Origin: an uncultured Chloroflexia bacterium
GTDB lineage: Bacteria; Chloroflexota; Anaerolineae; B4-G1; SLSP01
NCBI GenBank assembly: GCA_963751345.1
Contig: CAVVUS010000023.1
Span: 64,001 to 128,000, forward strand
Length of the DNA stretch: 64,000 nt
Direction: 5' to 3'
Both the position numbers and the translations under genes were made by a program. Under the pieces are notes generated by a model. That model was not told the origin of the DNA. It made no database searches and worked only from the letters and a program-made list of their open reading frames with translations. Positions 21,891 to 33,148 of this stretch are shown here, piece after piece (within the stretch, counting starts at the first letter, position 1; every line of letters starts with the position of its first letter).

Positions 21891-22556
21891 CTACAGATTC
21901 TGCTCGATGGCGGCCTTCAGCGCTGCTGTGACTTCGTCGATGGACTGGTTTCCGTCGATCTCCGCCAGGATACCCGCCTCGCGGTAGTACGAGACGAGGG
22001 GCTTTGTCTGGTTCTCGTAGACCTCGAGACGCTTTACAGCCGTCTCCTCGGTGTCATCGTCCCGCTGATAGAGTTCGCCGCCGCATTTGTCACAGACGCC
22101 GGGCTGTTGGGGTGGGGCAAACTTCAGGTGATAGGATGCGCCGCAGTTTCTGCAGAGCCGGCGCCCCGTGACCCGCACAATGAGCTCGTCGCGGGGGACT
22201 TGGATGTTGAGTACGAGATTGATCTTGTGACCACCGTCTGCCAGAGCGGCGTCCAGCGCCTCGGCCTGGGCGACCGTCCGGGGGAAGCCATCGAGCAGGG
22301 CGCCATTCCGGCAATCGGGGCGGGCGAGGCGGTCCAATACCATGGCGATGGTAATATCGTCGGGCACCAGATCCCCTCTCTCCATGTACCCCTTCGCCTC
22401 GAGGCCCAGCGCGGTCTCGTTCTTCAGGTTGTAGCGGAAGAGATCGCCGCTCGCGACGTGAGGCAGAGCCAGAAGCTCCTGCAGGCGTTCCGCCTGTGTG
22501 CCCTTGCCTGAAGCCGGCGGGCCCATGAGGATGACGTAGGTTGGTTCTTGTGACAT
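21891..22556 (-). CDS. adk: Adenylate kinase with zinc-binding LID
   Basis: GPPASGKGTQ, LLDGFPRT, CRNC...CDKC, LYQRDDD. Confidence 0.95.
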   Translation of the reverse strand: MSQEPTYVILMGPPASGKGTQAERLQELLALPHVASGDLFRYNLKNETALGLEAKGYMERGDLVPDDITIAMVLDRLARPDCRNGALLDGFPRTVAQAEALDAALADGGHKINLVLNIQVPRDELIVRVTGRRLCRNCGASYHLKFAPPQQPGVCDKCGGELYQRDDDTEETAVKRLEVYENQTKPLVSYYREAGILAEIDGNQSIDEVTAALKAAIEQNL

Positions 22557-22578
22557 TGAGATTCTCCTTGTGTTGTTT

Positions 22579-24190
22579 CTACAGATGGCCGATCGCGCCG
22601 CGTACTAACTGCGGGGCGCCGGAGGCCTGAAAGGCCGCCCAGGTCGCCGGTGCCTGGTCGACCAGGCGCTCGATCTCTGCCTCTCGGGCTGCCAGGTAGA
22701 CTGCCAGATCGGGTGACGTTGTCCTGAGCGTCGTGCCGCTAACGCGGGTTGAGCTCCAGAGCGCGTGTACCTGCTCGGGTGCCTCCCACGTTCCGAAGGT
22801 GATCACGGCGCGCAGATGCTGCCGAGGCGACGCGGGCATCCTGGAGGTCGCCGAAGAAATCCTGAAGCACCTTCAGTGCCTCAATGACCATCAGCGCTTC
22901 GTCCCCAAGAACGTCGCGAAAGAACTCCAGCGTATACCGCAGCCGCTTAACGTCAATGCGCAGCTCGTGGTAACGTGAGAGCGGCTGTCCCGGTTTCACC
23001 AGGGCTGTGTCGTGTCTCAGGACCGCCTCGAGACGTTCCTCCACGACCTGGCGAAGCACTGCAGCGACCTCTCGCGCCTCTTTCTTATCAGGTATGCCCT
23101 CCTGCAGGCTTGCCCAAAAGCGTTTCTTGAAGCGAGCGTACGCCTTACTTGACAGGTGCTCCAGCATCTCGTTCCGGCGTCGGATATACTCGACGTCCCA
23201 TACCCGGAAGAGCGGGGCAAAGCCGCCGAGGTCCGAGTCGTGCTCCGCAAGGTAGCTGTCCGTCTTGTCCCGGAAGACGTCCATATCCCTCACTGCCCCT
23301 AAGGCATCCGCCGTCCTGGCCAGGCCCTTGCGTACCTTCTTCAGCTCTGAGCCGTCGAGGTAGGGATCCGCGATCCAGAATGCCGTGCGCATCCGCCGTG
23401 TCGCGACGCGCATATCGTGGAGCTCCTCGGTGTCCACGCCGGCGTAGCTGCCTTGCTCGTGATCCTGCATCTTGGTGAAGAGCGGTCTGAGGATCTTGGT
23501 CATCGCGCGGCCTATGGTGTCATCGGGCTTGACCTTCGTGCCATCGTGTTCGACAGGCGTGGTGCGACTGACAAAGGCGAGGCCGCGCTCGAACTTGGAC
23601 GCGGGCTGCGGTACCAGACCGCGCATCCGGGTAAGCTCGGCAACGATCGGCTCCAACTCCTCCTCGGTCCGATCCTGTGCCAGCTCGATCTCCAGCTCGA
23701 CAAAACGCTGCGAGGTGCTGGCGTCCTGCACGATTTCGACGTTGTCAAGGGCCACCGTAGCCACCTCGACATCCTCCGCGGCGGCAAGAAGACGGCGCTC
23801 GTGCCGCTCCTGGCGGATGGTGAGGATGTCGACCAACGGCTGGCTTTCTGTGAGCTCCGAGAGGATGGACCAGAGCGGCTCGGGCAGCCAATCGCCGGGC
23901 GGGCGCTCGAAGTCCGCCTCGGGCACGTCGTATTCGATCTCCTCGCGTCGATGTACGCTGCCACTCACGCCACCCAGGCTCTTCAGCGAGTAGTAGGTGC
24001 GATCATCCTGGTAGCGGAGGCGGAAGGCATAGCCACCCGAGAGGATCCGATGGTCTGACGTGTCGAAGTATTGATCGCGGAGGTGAAGCAATCGGCCTGG
24101 AGTCAGCCGACAGCCGGCAAGCTCGGACAATGACCTCAACGCTCCGTACGTCTTATCGCTCAGAACTGAGTACTTTGCCTCTATTTCCAT
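22579..24190 (-). CDS. CYTH plus CHAD domain protein (frameshift near 22820)
   Basis: CYTH ExExK motif MEIEAKY, DQYFDT, ELEIEL, SKFERGL; CHAD motifs EELHDMRVATRRMR and HELRIDVKRLRY. Confidence 0.88.
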
Positions 24191-24328
24191 TGAGCTCCCG
24201 CCAGAACGCCGCGCTTCGAAATCCGGTTCATTATACCATAATCAGCCCTGACGGTGGTATACTGCGCGGCGGGGGCGAGTCTGCAGCCCCGAGAGAGAGC
24301 TCGTTTCGCCTAAGAATGGGGGGCGCGG

Positions 24329-24955
24329 ATGAACACCTTGGTTCAGGTGTTGACCTCGGGGTTCGTGCGGACCGGGGACCTCGCGGACGACATGCGGCGG
24401 TTTCTGATTGGCCACGCGTGCGCCGGAACGGCCGCTCACAGTGGCGAGGTGGCGGATGAAACGGCCCGGCTGGCCCGGCGATTTGGCGTCGACGTGGGCC
24501 GCGCGACGACGGCGGCCTGGCTTCACGACATCAGCGCCGTCATCCCGAATGACCAGAGGGTGGCGGCCGCCATAGCACTGGGCATCGAGATCCTCGACGA
24601 GGAAAGCTTCCTGCCGATGATCCTGCATCAGAAGCTGTCGGCTGCCCTGGCCGAGAGGATGGTCGACATTCACGATCCGGCCGTCCTGAATGCCGTGCGC
24701 TTTCACACGACGCTGCACCCCGAGGCCGACGCGCTGGCCAAGGTGGTCTTCGTGGCGGACAAGGTTGCGTGGGACCGGCCCGGTTCTCCGCCCTATCTTC
24801 CCGACGTTTTGGCTGGCCTGGATCGTTCGCTGGATGCCGGCGCGTGTGCCTATCTGGGCTATCTCTGGGAAAAGCGCACCGTGCTTCCTGTCGTGCATCC
24901 GTGGCTTGTCGCCGCCCACACTAAATTGTGCATAGCCGCAGGAGGAATGCGATGA
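24329..24955 (+). CDS. YqeK-like HD-domain hydrolase (putative symmetrical Ap4A hydrolase)
   Basis: H...LHD, ILHQKLS, AVRFHTT, VFVADK motifs of the YqeK family. Confidence 0.75.
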   Translation: MNTLVQVLTSGFVRTGDLADDMRRFLIGHACAGTAAHSGEVADETARLARRFGVDVGRATTAAWLHDISAVIPNDQRVAAAIALGIEILDEESFLPMILHQKLSAALAERMVDIHDPAVLNAVRFHTTLHPEADALAKVVFVADKVAWDRPGSPPYLPDVLAGLDRSLDAGACAYLGYLWEKRTVLPVVHPWLVAAHTKLCIAAGGMR

Positions 24956-25671
24956 GTATTCTGCCGGAACCCGTCGTCGTCATCATCTCCTCAGATGCTG
25001 AGTGGGAGGTCGTGCGCTCGACACTTCGCACACGCTTCTCTGCGGTTCCGGCAGACGCTACCCCCTATGGCGAGGTGTACGAAGCGCAGTTGGACGATGG
25101 GTCCGGACTGCCGCTGATCTTCACCCACGGGGGATGGGGGAAGATCGACGCCGCGGCGTCGGCCCAATACGCGATCGACCGGTGGGCACCCCGGCTGCTC
25201 GTGAATCTGGGCACCTGTGGCGGATTCGAGGGCGCCATCGACCGGGATGCGATCGTGCTCGCTGACCGGACGGTCGTCTACGACATCGTCGAGCAGATGA
25301 GTGACCCCGAAGCGGCATTCGCCCACTACACGGCGACGCTCGATCTCTCGTGGCTACGCGAGCCTTACCCGCACCCCGTGCACCGCGGCCTCATACTCTC
25401 GGGCGACCGCGACCTGGTGGTCGAGGACGTCCCGTTCTTGCGCGAGCACTTTGGTGGCACGGTCGGGGATTGGGAATCGGGCTCCATTGCGCACGTCGCG
25501 ACCAAGAACGGCGTGCGTTGTCTAGTCCTACGCGGCGTCACCGATCTTCTAGGTGCGGACGGCAGCGACGCCTACGACGGCACGTTGGTCGTCTTCAGGG
25601 AGCGTGCCGAGCGCGTTATGTCCCGCCTGCTGGCCTCACTGCCGGACTGGCTGGCTCGTGTGGCCTGGTGA
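24952..25671 (+). CDS. MTA/SAH nucleosidase-like (PNP_UDP_1 family) protein
   Basis: GGWGKIDAA, LVNLGTCGG, SGD, DWESGSIAHV, LRGVTD. Confidence 0.75.
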   Translation: MSILPEPVVVIISSDAEWEVVRSTLRTRFSAVPADATPYGEVYEAQLDDGSGLPLIFTHGGWGKIDAAASAQYAIDRWAPRLLVNLGTCGGFEGAIDRDAIVLADRTVVYDIVEQMSDPEAAFAHYTATLDLSWLREPYPHPVHRGLILSGDRDLVVEDVPFLREHFGGTVGDWESGSIAHVATKNGVRCLVLRGVTDLLGADGSDAYDGTLVVFRERAERVMSRLLASLPDWLARVAW

Positions 25672-25679
25672 GCTCCGGC

Positions 25680-26072
25680 TTAGTGACCCCGGCTGGTGAT
25701 GATCATCATGAAGATGAAGAAGAAGTACCCGACGACGGCAAAGATCGCCAATAGCACCGCCAAGCCGCCGCTGCCGATGCCGATCCAGGACCACAACCGC
25801 GTCCGAGCCGCGTCCACGGAGTCCCTGGCCAGCACCAGCCCGATGACGCCGAGCAACAGCGGTACGATCGGCAGGCAATAGAAGGTTGCGCCACATGTTA
25901 GGCACGTAAGCAGCACCAGCACGCCGGCTGCCAGCGCGCCCAAGGCCGCAAGATCCACGCCGTTGCCAAGGAATGAGGCCTTGCCCGGCCCCGTTCTCGG
26001 TGCGGTCGGGGCCTCAACGGTCGACCCTCCCTCTACGTTCGGACTTTCCACAGACCCACTTACTTCGTTCAT
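25680..26072 (-). CDS. Small membrane protein (DUF4190-like)
   Basis: Hydrophobic helices; start overlaps the stop codon of the upstream gene. Confidence 0.55.
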   Translation of the reverse strand: MNEVSGSVESPNVEGGSTVEAPTAPRTGPGKASFLGNGVDLAALGALAAGVLVLLTCLTCGATFYCLPIVPLLLGVIGLVLARDSVDAARTRLWSWIGIGSGGLAVLLAIFAVVGYFFFIFMMIITSRGH

Positions 26073-26779
26073 CGTGCCTCCTCTTGGGTATCGACAGCGA
26101 GAATCAGTCGGGTACGTAGACAACGCCGTGGTGCATTCGCAAAGCCCAGCGCCTTGAGTACCTCGTCCGGACGCCCCGTGGCACCCGGTTGGGCACTGAG
26201 CCGCATCCAAAGTCCCAGCCAAGGTGCGGGGACCTCAGGTGCCAATTTCAGGTCGTCGATCAACGCGCGCAGGTTATAGCTCTTGCCGCGATGGTGGCGA
26301 CCCCGTTTGGGGAGCAGGACCGATTCGGTGGCGACCAAGCTCGCCACCCGCTCTGCCAGCTCATTCTCGTCCACGTCGCGCAACAGCACGCGATACTCAG
26401 TTGCTGCCAATTGCTCCGACAGCGCCGGTGCGTCATCGCCCACGCTCGCCACCGAGACCACGGTGAGGTCCGGTGGCAGCGAATCCGCCAGCGCAGCACC
26501 GACGGACTGCGGGGTGCGTGGCTCGTCGAGCAGAACGTCCAGCAGATCGGCCTCACTTCCACAGCCAACCGGCAGCGGTGCGGCGAAGTGCATTCTCGGA
26601 CGTGGATTGTAACCCTGGCTGTACTTCACCGGCACGTGCGCTCGGCGGAGCGTCCGCTCCCACACCGTTCCCAACTCCAGCACGGAGACGTAGGCCAGGC
26701 TTCGCGAGGTGCCAAAGGTGATGCGGTGGCGCGACGCCGGGAGTACGTCAAGGTTCAACGCAGGACCGGACACTGCCAC
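26069..26779 (-). CDS. TIGR03936-type radical SAM-associated protein (DUF2344)
   Basis: YVSVLELGTVWERTLRRA, YSQGYNPRPRMHFAAPLPVG; adjacent to its usual radical SAM partner. Confidence 0.85.
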   Translation of the reverse strand: MAVSGPALNLDVLPASRHRITFGTSRSLAYVSVLELGTVWERTLRRAHVPVKYSQGYNPRPRMHFAAPLPVGCGSEADLLDVLLDEPRTPQSVGAALADSLPPDLTVVSVASVGDDAPALSEQLAATEYRVLLRDVDENELAERVASLVATESVLLPKRGRHHRGKSYNLRALIDDLKLAPEVPAPWLGLWMRLSAQPGATGRPDEVLKALGFANAPRRCLRTRLILAVDTQEEAR

Positions 26780-28689
26780 TCCTCCGTGCACAGTTCGCCG
26801 TAGCGGCGCATGATGCCACAAGCGTGGCACTGCTCCCGGCAGTCGGCGAGCAGTTCGCCACGCCGGCTGCGGACGTAGTCCTGCAGGAAGTAACGCTTCT
26901 CCATGCCGCTCTCCAGGTGGTCCCACGGGAGCAACTCGTCCTCTCCACGGCGACGATAGAGATAGAAGTCCAATAGGGCCTCGGAGGTTTCGAAGTGGGC
27001 CCGAAGCTCATCCGAGGGCAGCTCCGCGATTGCCTGCTCCCAAGCTTTATCATCGCGCCATTCGTCCCAGGCGTCAAATCGCGCCCCCAATCGCCATGCC
27101 CGCTCGATGACTACGCCAAGCCGGCGATCCCCGCGCGCCAGGAGCGCTTCGAGCCTGGATGCGGGGTAGCGGTTCCAGGACAGCTCCAGCCCCCGCCCCC
27201 GGAGCCCATCGCGAAGGATGTCCTGCCGCCGCTCGATCGTCTCTTCGTCGGCCAGGGGCTCCCACTGGAAGGTCGTGAGCGGTTTGGGGACAAAGGTGCT
27301 GATGCTCACGTGGACCTCGGTTCGTCGACCGCCGATGCGGCTGCCGATCCGACGAACCTCCTGGACGAGGTCGATGATCGCGGCAACGTCGTCATCCGTC
27401 TCGGTTGGCAGCCCGATCATGAAGTAGAGTTTGATCGTGTGCCAGCCGCGGGTAAAGACCTCCTCGGCCACTTTGTAGAGATCCTCGGTCGTGATGTCCT
27501 TGTTGATGACGTGGCGGAGCGTGTCGGTGCCGGCCTCGGGCGCAAAGGTGAAACCGGACCGGCGTCCACCCGCCAGCTTTTCGGCCAGATCGACCGAGAA
27601 GGCGTCGAGGCGGAGGCTCGGCAATGAGATCGAGAGCTGCCGTCCGGCGAACCTGTCCTGCAGCCGCGAGATCAGCTCACCAATCTCGGTATAGTCGGCC
27701 GAGGAAAGGGAGAGAAGCGCCAGCTCCTCGTAACCGGTAGCCTCGATGACAGCCTCGGCACTGTCGACGATCTCGGCCAACGGCCGTTGGCGGATCGGAC
27801 GTGTGATCGAGCCTGCCTGACAGAATCGGCATCCCCGAGAGCACCCCCGCTGGATCTCCACGACCGCGCGGTTATGCACGGTTTCGATGTTGGGCACGAT
27901 CTGCCGAACCGGGGTGGGGGGCAGCGTAGGCATAAGCCGCTTGGCTATTCGGAGGGGTGTCTGCCCGTCGACGGGGACCAGCGCCTCAATGGGCACTGCC
28001 CCGGAAGCGGCGGGCAGCGCATAGCTGGGGCGGTAAAGCCTCGGGACGTACAGGCCCGGGATGGCTGCCAGGGCGTGCAGAAGCGCGTCACGTGGCTGTC
28101 CCCGGAAGGCGCGCACGGCCTCCGCCAGCTCGACGATGACGGCCTCGGCCTCTCCGATGACGAAGACGTCGAAGAAGTCTGCGACCGGCTCGGGGTTGAA
28201 GGCCCCGTGCCCCCCGCCCAGGATCAGCGGATGGCGCTCGTCCCTTGCCGTGCTGCGAATCGGAAGCCCGGCCAGATCGAGGAGCTCGAGCGCGTTAGTG
28301 TAGAGCTGTTCGTAGGCAGTGCTGATAGCGAGAACGTCGAAGGCTGCGACCGGATGATAGTCCTCCAGCGCATAGAGGGGCAGATCCGCTGCACGCAGTT
28401 GCTCGATCATGTCCGGTGCCGGCAGGTACGTGCGATGCGCCAGCATACCGTCCTGCCGGTTCAGGATTTCGTAGAGGACCATCAGGGCGAAGTTGGACAT
28501 GCCCAGGTCGTACAGATCCGGGAATGCCAGACAGATGTGGAGGTCGGCCTCGTCCCACGGCGCGGTTACGGCGTTGACCTCACCGCCGACGTACCGGCCT
28601 GGCTTCTGCACCAGGTGCAGGAGGGCCTCGATGTGGGCCCAGGGAATGGGTTGGGGCGGAATCAGACGTTCAGGTGCGGTGTCTAGCAC
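26755..28689 (-). CDS. TIGR03960-type radical SAM protein
   Basis: VQKPGRYVGGE, FPDLYDLGMSN, EIQRGCSRGCRFC, FTFAPEAG, KLYFMIGLP, C-terminal CREQCHAC. Confidence 0.9.
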   Translation of the reverse strand: MLDTAPERLIPPQPIPWAHIEALLHLVQKPGRYVGGEVNAVTAPWDEADLHICLAFPDLYDLGMSNFALMVLYEILNRQDGMLAHRTYLPAPDMIEQLRAADLPLYALEDYHPVAAFDVLAISTAYEQLYTNALELLDLAGLPIRSTARDERHPLILGGGHGAFNPEPVADFFDVFVIGEAEAVIVELAEAVRAFRGQPRDALLHALAAIPGLYVPRLYRPSYALPAASGAVPIEALVPVDGQTPLRIAKRLMPTLPPTPVRQIVPNIETVHNRAVVEIQRGCSRGCRFCQAGSITRPIRQRPLAEIVDSAEAVIEATGYEELALLSLSSADYTEIGELISRLQDRFAGRQLSISLPSLRLDAFSVDLAEKLAGGRRSGFTFAPEAGTDTLRHVINKDITTEDLYKVAEEVFTRGWHTIKLYFMIGLPTETDDDVAAIIDLVQEVRRIGSRIGGRRTEVHVSISTFVPKPLTTFQWEPLADEETIERRQDILRDGLRGRGLELSWNRYPASRLEALLARGDRRLGVVIERAWRLGARFDAWDEWRDDKAWEQAIAELPSDELRAHFETSEALLDFYLYRRRGEDELLPWDHLESGMEKRYFLQDYVRSRRGELLADCREQCHACGIMRRYGELCTEEWQCPVLR

Positions 28690-29093
28690 GTATCGGCATC
28701 ACCGACGACCTTGATCCAGAGATCGCGGTGGCGTGGGCCGTCGAACTCGGCCATAAAGATCCCCTGCCACTGGCCCATCTGAAGCTCGCCGTCGTGGATG
28801 AAGATGAAGTGGTCGTTACCGACCAGAACGGACTTGATGTGGGCGGGGCTGTTGCCCTCAGGGTGCCGGTAGGGAAGGCCCTCGGGTACCATACGGTCCA
28901 GGACCATCGCAACGTCACTCTCGACTGCGGGGTCCCAGTCCTCGTTGAGGACGATGCCCGCCGTGGTGTGTGGGCAATAGAGGAAGCATATTCCGTCACT
29001 TATGCCTGCTTCAGCGATCGCCTCGTTGATCTGGTCGGTGATGTCAATCAGATCCATCTTGCTTCTGGTCTGTGCACTGAGCTTTATAAACAT
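28683..29093 (-). CDS. yjbQ: YjbQ/UPF0047 family protein
   Basis: PHTTAG, HPEGNSPAHIKS, GQWQGIFMAEFDGPR. Confidence 0.9.
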   Translation of the reverse strand: MFIKLSAQTRSKMDLIDITDQINEAIAEAGISDGICFLYCPHTTAGIVLNEDWDPAVESDVAMVLDRMVPEGLPYRHPEGNSPAHIKSVLVGNDHFIFIHDGELQMGQWQGIFMAEFDGPRHRDLWIKVVGDADTC

Positions 29094-29102
29094 AAGTATC
29101 CT

Positions 29103-30710
29103 TTAGGTCAGGAAGTCCCGGAGTTTCCGGCTACGGCCGGGGTGACGGAGCTTGCGGAGCGCCTTGGATTCGATCTGCCGGATTCGCTCGCGGGTGACGT
29201 TGAAAGCCTGGCCGACCTCCTCCAATGTGTGCGGCCGACCGTTCTTCAATCCGAAGCGCATTTCCAACACCTCACGCTCGCGTTTGCCCAACTCGTCCAG
29301 GATGCTCTGTAACTGCTCGCGGAGCATATGCATCGACGTGGCGTCCATTGGCCCCGGCAGGTTCTCGTCCTCGATGAAGTCTGACAGCTCGCTGTTGTCC
29401 TCGTTGCCCACCGGGCTCTCCAGCGACATTGGCTCCTGGGAGATACTGATGATCCGCCGAACCTTCGCCATCGCCCGCCGCATACGCCGTTCCAGGGGCG
29501 GCGGGAGCGGCTCATCCTTCGCGCGAGCCTCCCGGACTGCCTCGATATCTTTCGCTTCGAGCACGTCCATCTCAAGGGCCAATTCGTCCAGGGTGGGCTC
29601 TCGACCAAGGTCCTGCATCATTCGCCGCTGGATCCTCATCAGCCGGTTGATCGTCTCGACCATGTGGACGGGAATACGTATCGTGCGTGCCTGGTCAGCA
29701 ATGGCCCGGCTAATCGCCTGGCGAATCCACCACGTGGCATAGGTGGAGAACTTGTAGCCGCGCATATAGTCGAACTTCTCGACGGCTCTGAGCAACCCGA
29801 TGTTGCCCTCCTGGATGAGGTCGAGGAAGTTGACCCCCCGCCCGATGTAGCGCTTGGCGATATTCACCACGAGTCGGAGATTGGCACGCACCAGCATCTG
29901 TTGTGCTTCGGCTGCGAGGACCTCGACGTGTTTCCACCAGTCAATAACGTCATCGGCGGGCGGCAACTGCTCCCGCATCTGAGTGACCGTGGGCCAACGG
30001 GGACTCTCCATCACTCTGTCGTGGATGAGTGCGAGCAACTCGGGGCGCATTAGATAAAGCGACGTCGCAACAGACAGCAGCTCGGTAATAATGGGCCGCC
30101 AGGTTGGGTCGTCGCCCCACTGGTTGGGGCCCATCAAGTGGTAGAGAGGCGACGGCTCCGGTGAGATGAGCACCTGCTGCTGGCGCATGATCTCATCGAG
30201 ATACTCCCAGGCCTCGGATATCTCAAAGCTTGCCTGGCGAGCCAGACGCGTGCCATTGCCCCACGCCGTGCGAGCCCGCTCGTAGAGATCGATGACCTGG
30301 TTCTCCACGATCTCAGATTCGACGCTGGTCGTGGCTTCCTCCCATATGTGCTCAAGTTGAGCCGCGGCCTCACGGATGATGCAGATCCACACTTCCTGAT
30401 AGGGCTCGAGGAGATCGACACGGCCGATCTCTCGTAGGTACATCCGTACCGGATCGTCGACCAGATCCGCCGCCGCGCTTGGTTCTGCCAGCTGCTCCTC
30501 TATCTCGTTGAGCTCATCGGGGGAGGGCTCCTCATCCCAGTCAATGTCCGGGAGGAGATCGCCGTTGCCGGCCACGTCCTCTTCCTCTTCGACATCCTCT
30601 TCATCTACGTCATTATCGTCCAGGTCGTCCGCGATATCGTCCTCTTCTCTTTCCCACAGATCGTCAGCTGCTGTGCGCGATCGGTGTCCGGTTCTCTGTG
30701 GTCTCGCCAT
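29103..30710 (-). CDS. rpoD: RNA polymerase sigma factor RpoD/SigA
   Basis: Region 1.2 [11 protein letters not shown]; region 2 [37 protein letters not shown]; region 4 TRERIRQIE; follows dnaG. Confidence 0.92.
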   Translation of the reverse strand: MARPQRTGHRSRTAADDLWEREEDDIADDLDDNDVDEEDVEEEEDVAGNGDLLPDIDWDEEPSPDELNEIEEQLAEPSAAADLVDDPVRMYLREIGRVDLLEPYQEVWICIIREAAAQLEHIWEEATTSVESEIVENQVIDLYERARTAWGNGTRLARQASFEISEAWEYLDEIMRQQQVLISPEPSPLYHLMGPNQWGDDPTWRPIITELLSVATSLYLMRPELLALIHDRVMESPRWPTVTQMREQLPPADDVIDWWKHVEVLAAEAQQMLVRANLRLVVNIAKRYIGRGVNFLDLIQEGNIGLLRAVEKFDYMRGYKFSTYATWWIRQAISRAIADQARTIRIPVHMVETINRLMRIQRRMMQDLGREPTLDELALEMDVLEAKDIEAVREARAKDEPLPPPLERRMRRAMAKVRRIISISQEPMSLESPVGNEDNSELSDFIEDENLPGPMDATSMHMLREQLQSILDELGKREREVLEMRFGLKNGRPHTLEEVGQAFNVTRERIRQIESKALRKLRHPGRSRKLRDFLT

Positions 30711-30718
30711 ATCCCTCC

Positions 30719-32581
30719 TTAGACATAAGCCGGGCGCTGAGCCAGAGCCCACTGTACTTTCCTCAGCTTATCCGAGATCCGCATTATTCGCTGCTTGATG
30801 CCTGAAATAGCTTGCTGATCGCTCTCGGCCTGAGCCAGCGCGAGCGTGCCATTTGTCTGTTGGAGCTCGGCGCGGAGCTCCCTTTCGCGTATTCGAAGAA
30901 CCGTTCTCGCCACGTCCCGCTCCCATTGCGAGGGTGCCATATCAGAGAGTGGCTGAGAGAGCCAAGTTTGCACGACACCTAGCATATCTGATGGTAGGAA
31001 ATCGGCAAGTTCGAGTTCGGGATGCTCCGAAAGCTGTGCCCACGACGTCCAGATCAGGCGGTACTCAGGCGAGAAGTCGCGATCGGTGATTCGCTCCTGC
31101 CCAAGCTGCGTCAGGAGCGAATTGACCCGTGGCCACATATCCGGTGTGCGCATCAACACCATCAGGACGTGCGCTTCAAGGTCAGATGGAGGTCTGGCCT
31201 GCCTGTCGCTCCGCACCGCGGCCTGTGTCCGAATGGCTGCCGCACGCTCCATGGCCCGGAGGCGGTCGAGCAAGACGCGGGCATCGATCCCGAGCTGCAC
31301 CGCGATCTCTTGGGCGTAAGCCTCACGCTCGATGCTGTCGCCGATGTCGTTGAGAAGCGGGAGCATTGCATCTACAACACGCGATTTCGTCTTGGGCTCA
31401 CCGGGATCGCTCTGCGAGAGCATATGTTGGAAGGTGAAGCGCACAATGGGCTGGGACGAAGCCAGCAGCGATTCCCAGCGTTTCGGATCTTCGAGGATCA
31501 GTTCGTCGGGGTCTTTGCCGTCGGGAAGTGTCGCCACCCGGATATCTGCCTTCAGGCGTCCCTCGTAGCCGACCAAGCCGCGGGGATCGAAGACCGCTTC
31601 CCAGTCGCGATCCAGTGTCTGTCGCGCGGTCTCGACGCCCTGGAGGGTGCCGTGAATGCCCGCGTTGTCCGGATCGAGCGCCAGGATAAAGCGGTGGGTC
31701 AGCCGCTGGAGCTGCTTGAGATGCGCCTCACTGAGAGCGGTGCCCATCGGCGCGACCACGTTGCGGTAACCCGCCTGATAGGGGATCATCACGTCCATAT
31801 AGCCCTCGACGATCACGGCGGCATCCTGCTCCCTGATTGCGCGGCTCGCCAGATGGTAGCCGAAAAGTACCTGCCCTTTGTCGAAAAGCGGGGTCTGCGG
31901 CGAGTTCATGTACTTGGGCTGCTGGTCGGGCTGTAGCGACCGTGCTCCGAAGCCAATGGGGCGTCCTCGACGGTCGTGGATCGGGATCATCACGCGATCT
32001 CTGAAGCGATCGTACGTACCGCCCTCGTCCCGCTCCACAAGCATTCCCGCCTTCACCTGCTCCTCAACGGAGTAGCCCTTGCCAAGGAGATCGGTTCGCA
32101 GTGCGTCCCACGCATCAAGGCTGTAGCCCAGGTTAAAGGTCTCCACTGTCTCGCGGGTGAATCCTCGTTGCTTGAGGTAGGCGCGCGCGTGTGCGGCCTG
32201 CGGCGCGGTCATCAACAGGGCGTGATACGTATTGGCCGCCGCATCCAGGAGCGACCGGAGACGCTCGGCCTCGGACTCGGCTTTGACCTCCTGGGGCGAT
32301 TGTTCGCGTAGAGTGACGTTGGCCTGGCGGGCTAACTCCTCCAGGGCCGTTCGGAAGTCATAGCCGTCCATCTCCATCACGAAGCTGAAGATGTCGCCCC
32401 CGCGGTCGCAGCCAAAGCAGTGCCATCGTTGCTCATCGGGGAAGACGTAGAAAGAGGGGGTCTTCTCCGTGTGAAACGGGCAGAGCCCTTTGAAGTAGCG
32501 CCCGGATTTCTGCAGATGGACGTGTCTGCCGACAAGATCCGCGAGATCCAGGCGTTCCTTGATTTCGTCGATAACGCTCAT
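30719..32581 (-). CDS. dnaG: DNA primase
   Basis: [11 protein letters not shown]...HCFGC zinc finger; [11 protein letters not shown]; KYMNSP; TOPRIM EGYMD and DPDNAG. Confidence 0.97.
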   Translation of the reverse strand: MSVIDEIKERLDLADLVGRHVHLQKSGRYFKGLCPFHTEKTPSFYVFPDEQRWHCFGCDRGGDIFSFVMEMDGYDFRTALEELARQANVTLREQSPQEVKAESEAERLRSLLDAAANTYHALLMTAPQAAHARAYLKQRGFTRETVETFNLGYSLDAWDALRTDLLGKGYSVEEQVKAGMLVERDEGGTYDRFRDRVMIPIHDRRGRPIGFGARSLQPDQQPKYMNSPQTPLFDKGQVLFGYHLASRAIREQDAAVIVEGYMDVMIPYQAGYRNVVAPMGTALSEAHLKQLQRLTHRFILALDPDNAGIHGTLQGVETARQTLDRDWEAVFDPRGLVGYEGRLKADIRVATLPDGKDPDELILEDPKRWESLLASSQPIVRFTFQHMLSQSDPGEPKTKSRVVDAMLPLLNDIGDSIEREAYAQEIAVQLGIDARVLLDRLRAMERAAAIRTQAAVRSDRQARPPSDLEAHVLMVLMRTPDMWPRVNSLLTQLGQERITDRDFSPEYRLIWTSWAQLSEHPELELADFLPSDMLGVVQTWLSQPLSDMAPSQWERDVARTVLRIRERELRAELQQTNGTLALAQAESDQQAISGIKQRIMRISDKLRKVQWALAQRPAYV

Positions 32582-32677
32582 AGCGAGTGGGCTGGCATGA
32601 GACTCAGTTCTGTATCATCCGCGTCCAATGTGCAAACACGACAGGAACGTGGTCGGTGAACTGGCTGTCCGGCGACC

Positions 32678-32962
32678 TCAGCGTAGCTCCGACTCCCAGT
32701 CGAGAACCTGGACCTGGAAATAGTTCTCCTCAATCCAGCGGATGGCATTCTCGATCACGGCATAGGCGTGAGCTGAGTCGTTGCACACGACGGCGATGGC
32801 GATATCCGACGACTGCCAAACGTCCTGCTGATCGACTTCTGCTGCGGCGACCTCGAACTGGCGCCGCAACTGATGAAGCAGAGGCTTAAGTACGCCCCGC
32901 TTTTCCTTAAGGGAGCTGACCCCCGGCAGGTAAAGGTGGATCTTCGACGCGCCGATAATCAT
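32678..32962 (-). CDS. DUF503 family protein
   Basis: SLKEKRGVLK, AEVDQQDVWQ motifs. Confidence 0.85.
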   Translation of the reverse strand: MIIGASKIHLYLPGVSSLKEKRGVLKPLLHQLRRQFEVAAAEVDQQDVWQSSDIAIAVVCNDSAHAYAVIENAIRWIEENYFQVQVLDWESELR

Positions 32963-33148
32963 AGGGCCATCACCGACTCCGAGGGGAAGCTGAGATCTGG
33001 GAGACGTAGCGCGTGGCGAAATCAGGCGGTCGAGCCGTCATCGTGGGGCATCGCAGGTCACGCTGTCTCTGGTGGTGGTCATCACGAGGTGCCGGGCGCT
33101 GGTGCCCGAGGGTCCGTGGCCCGGCATCTCCAACAGCGGTGGGGCTGG

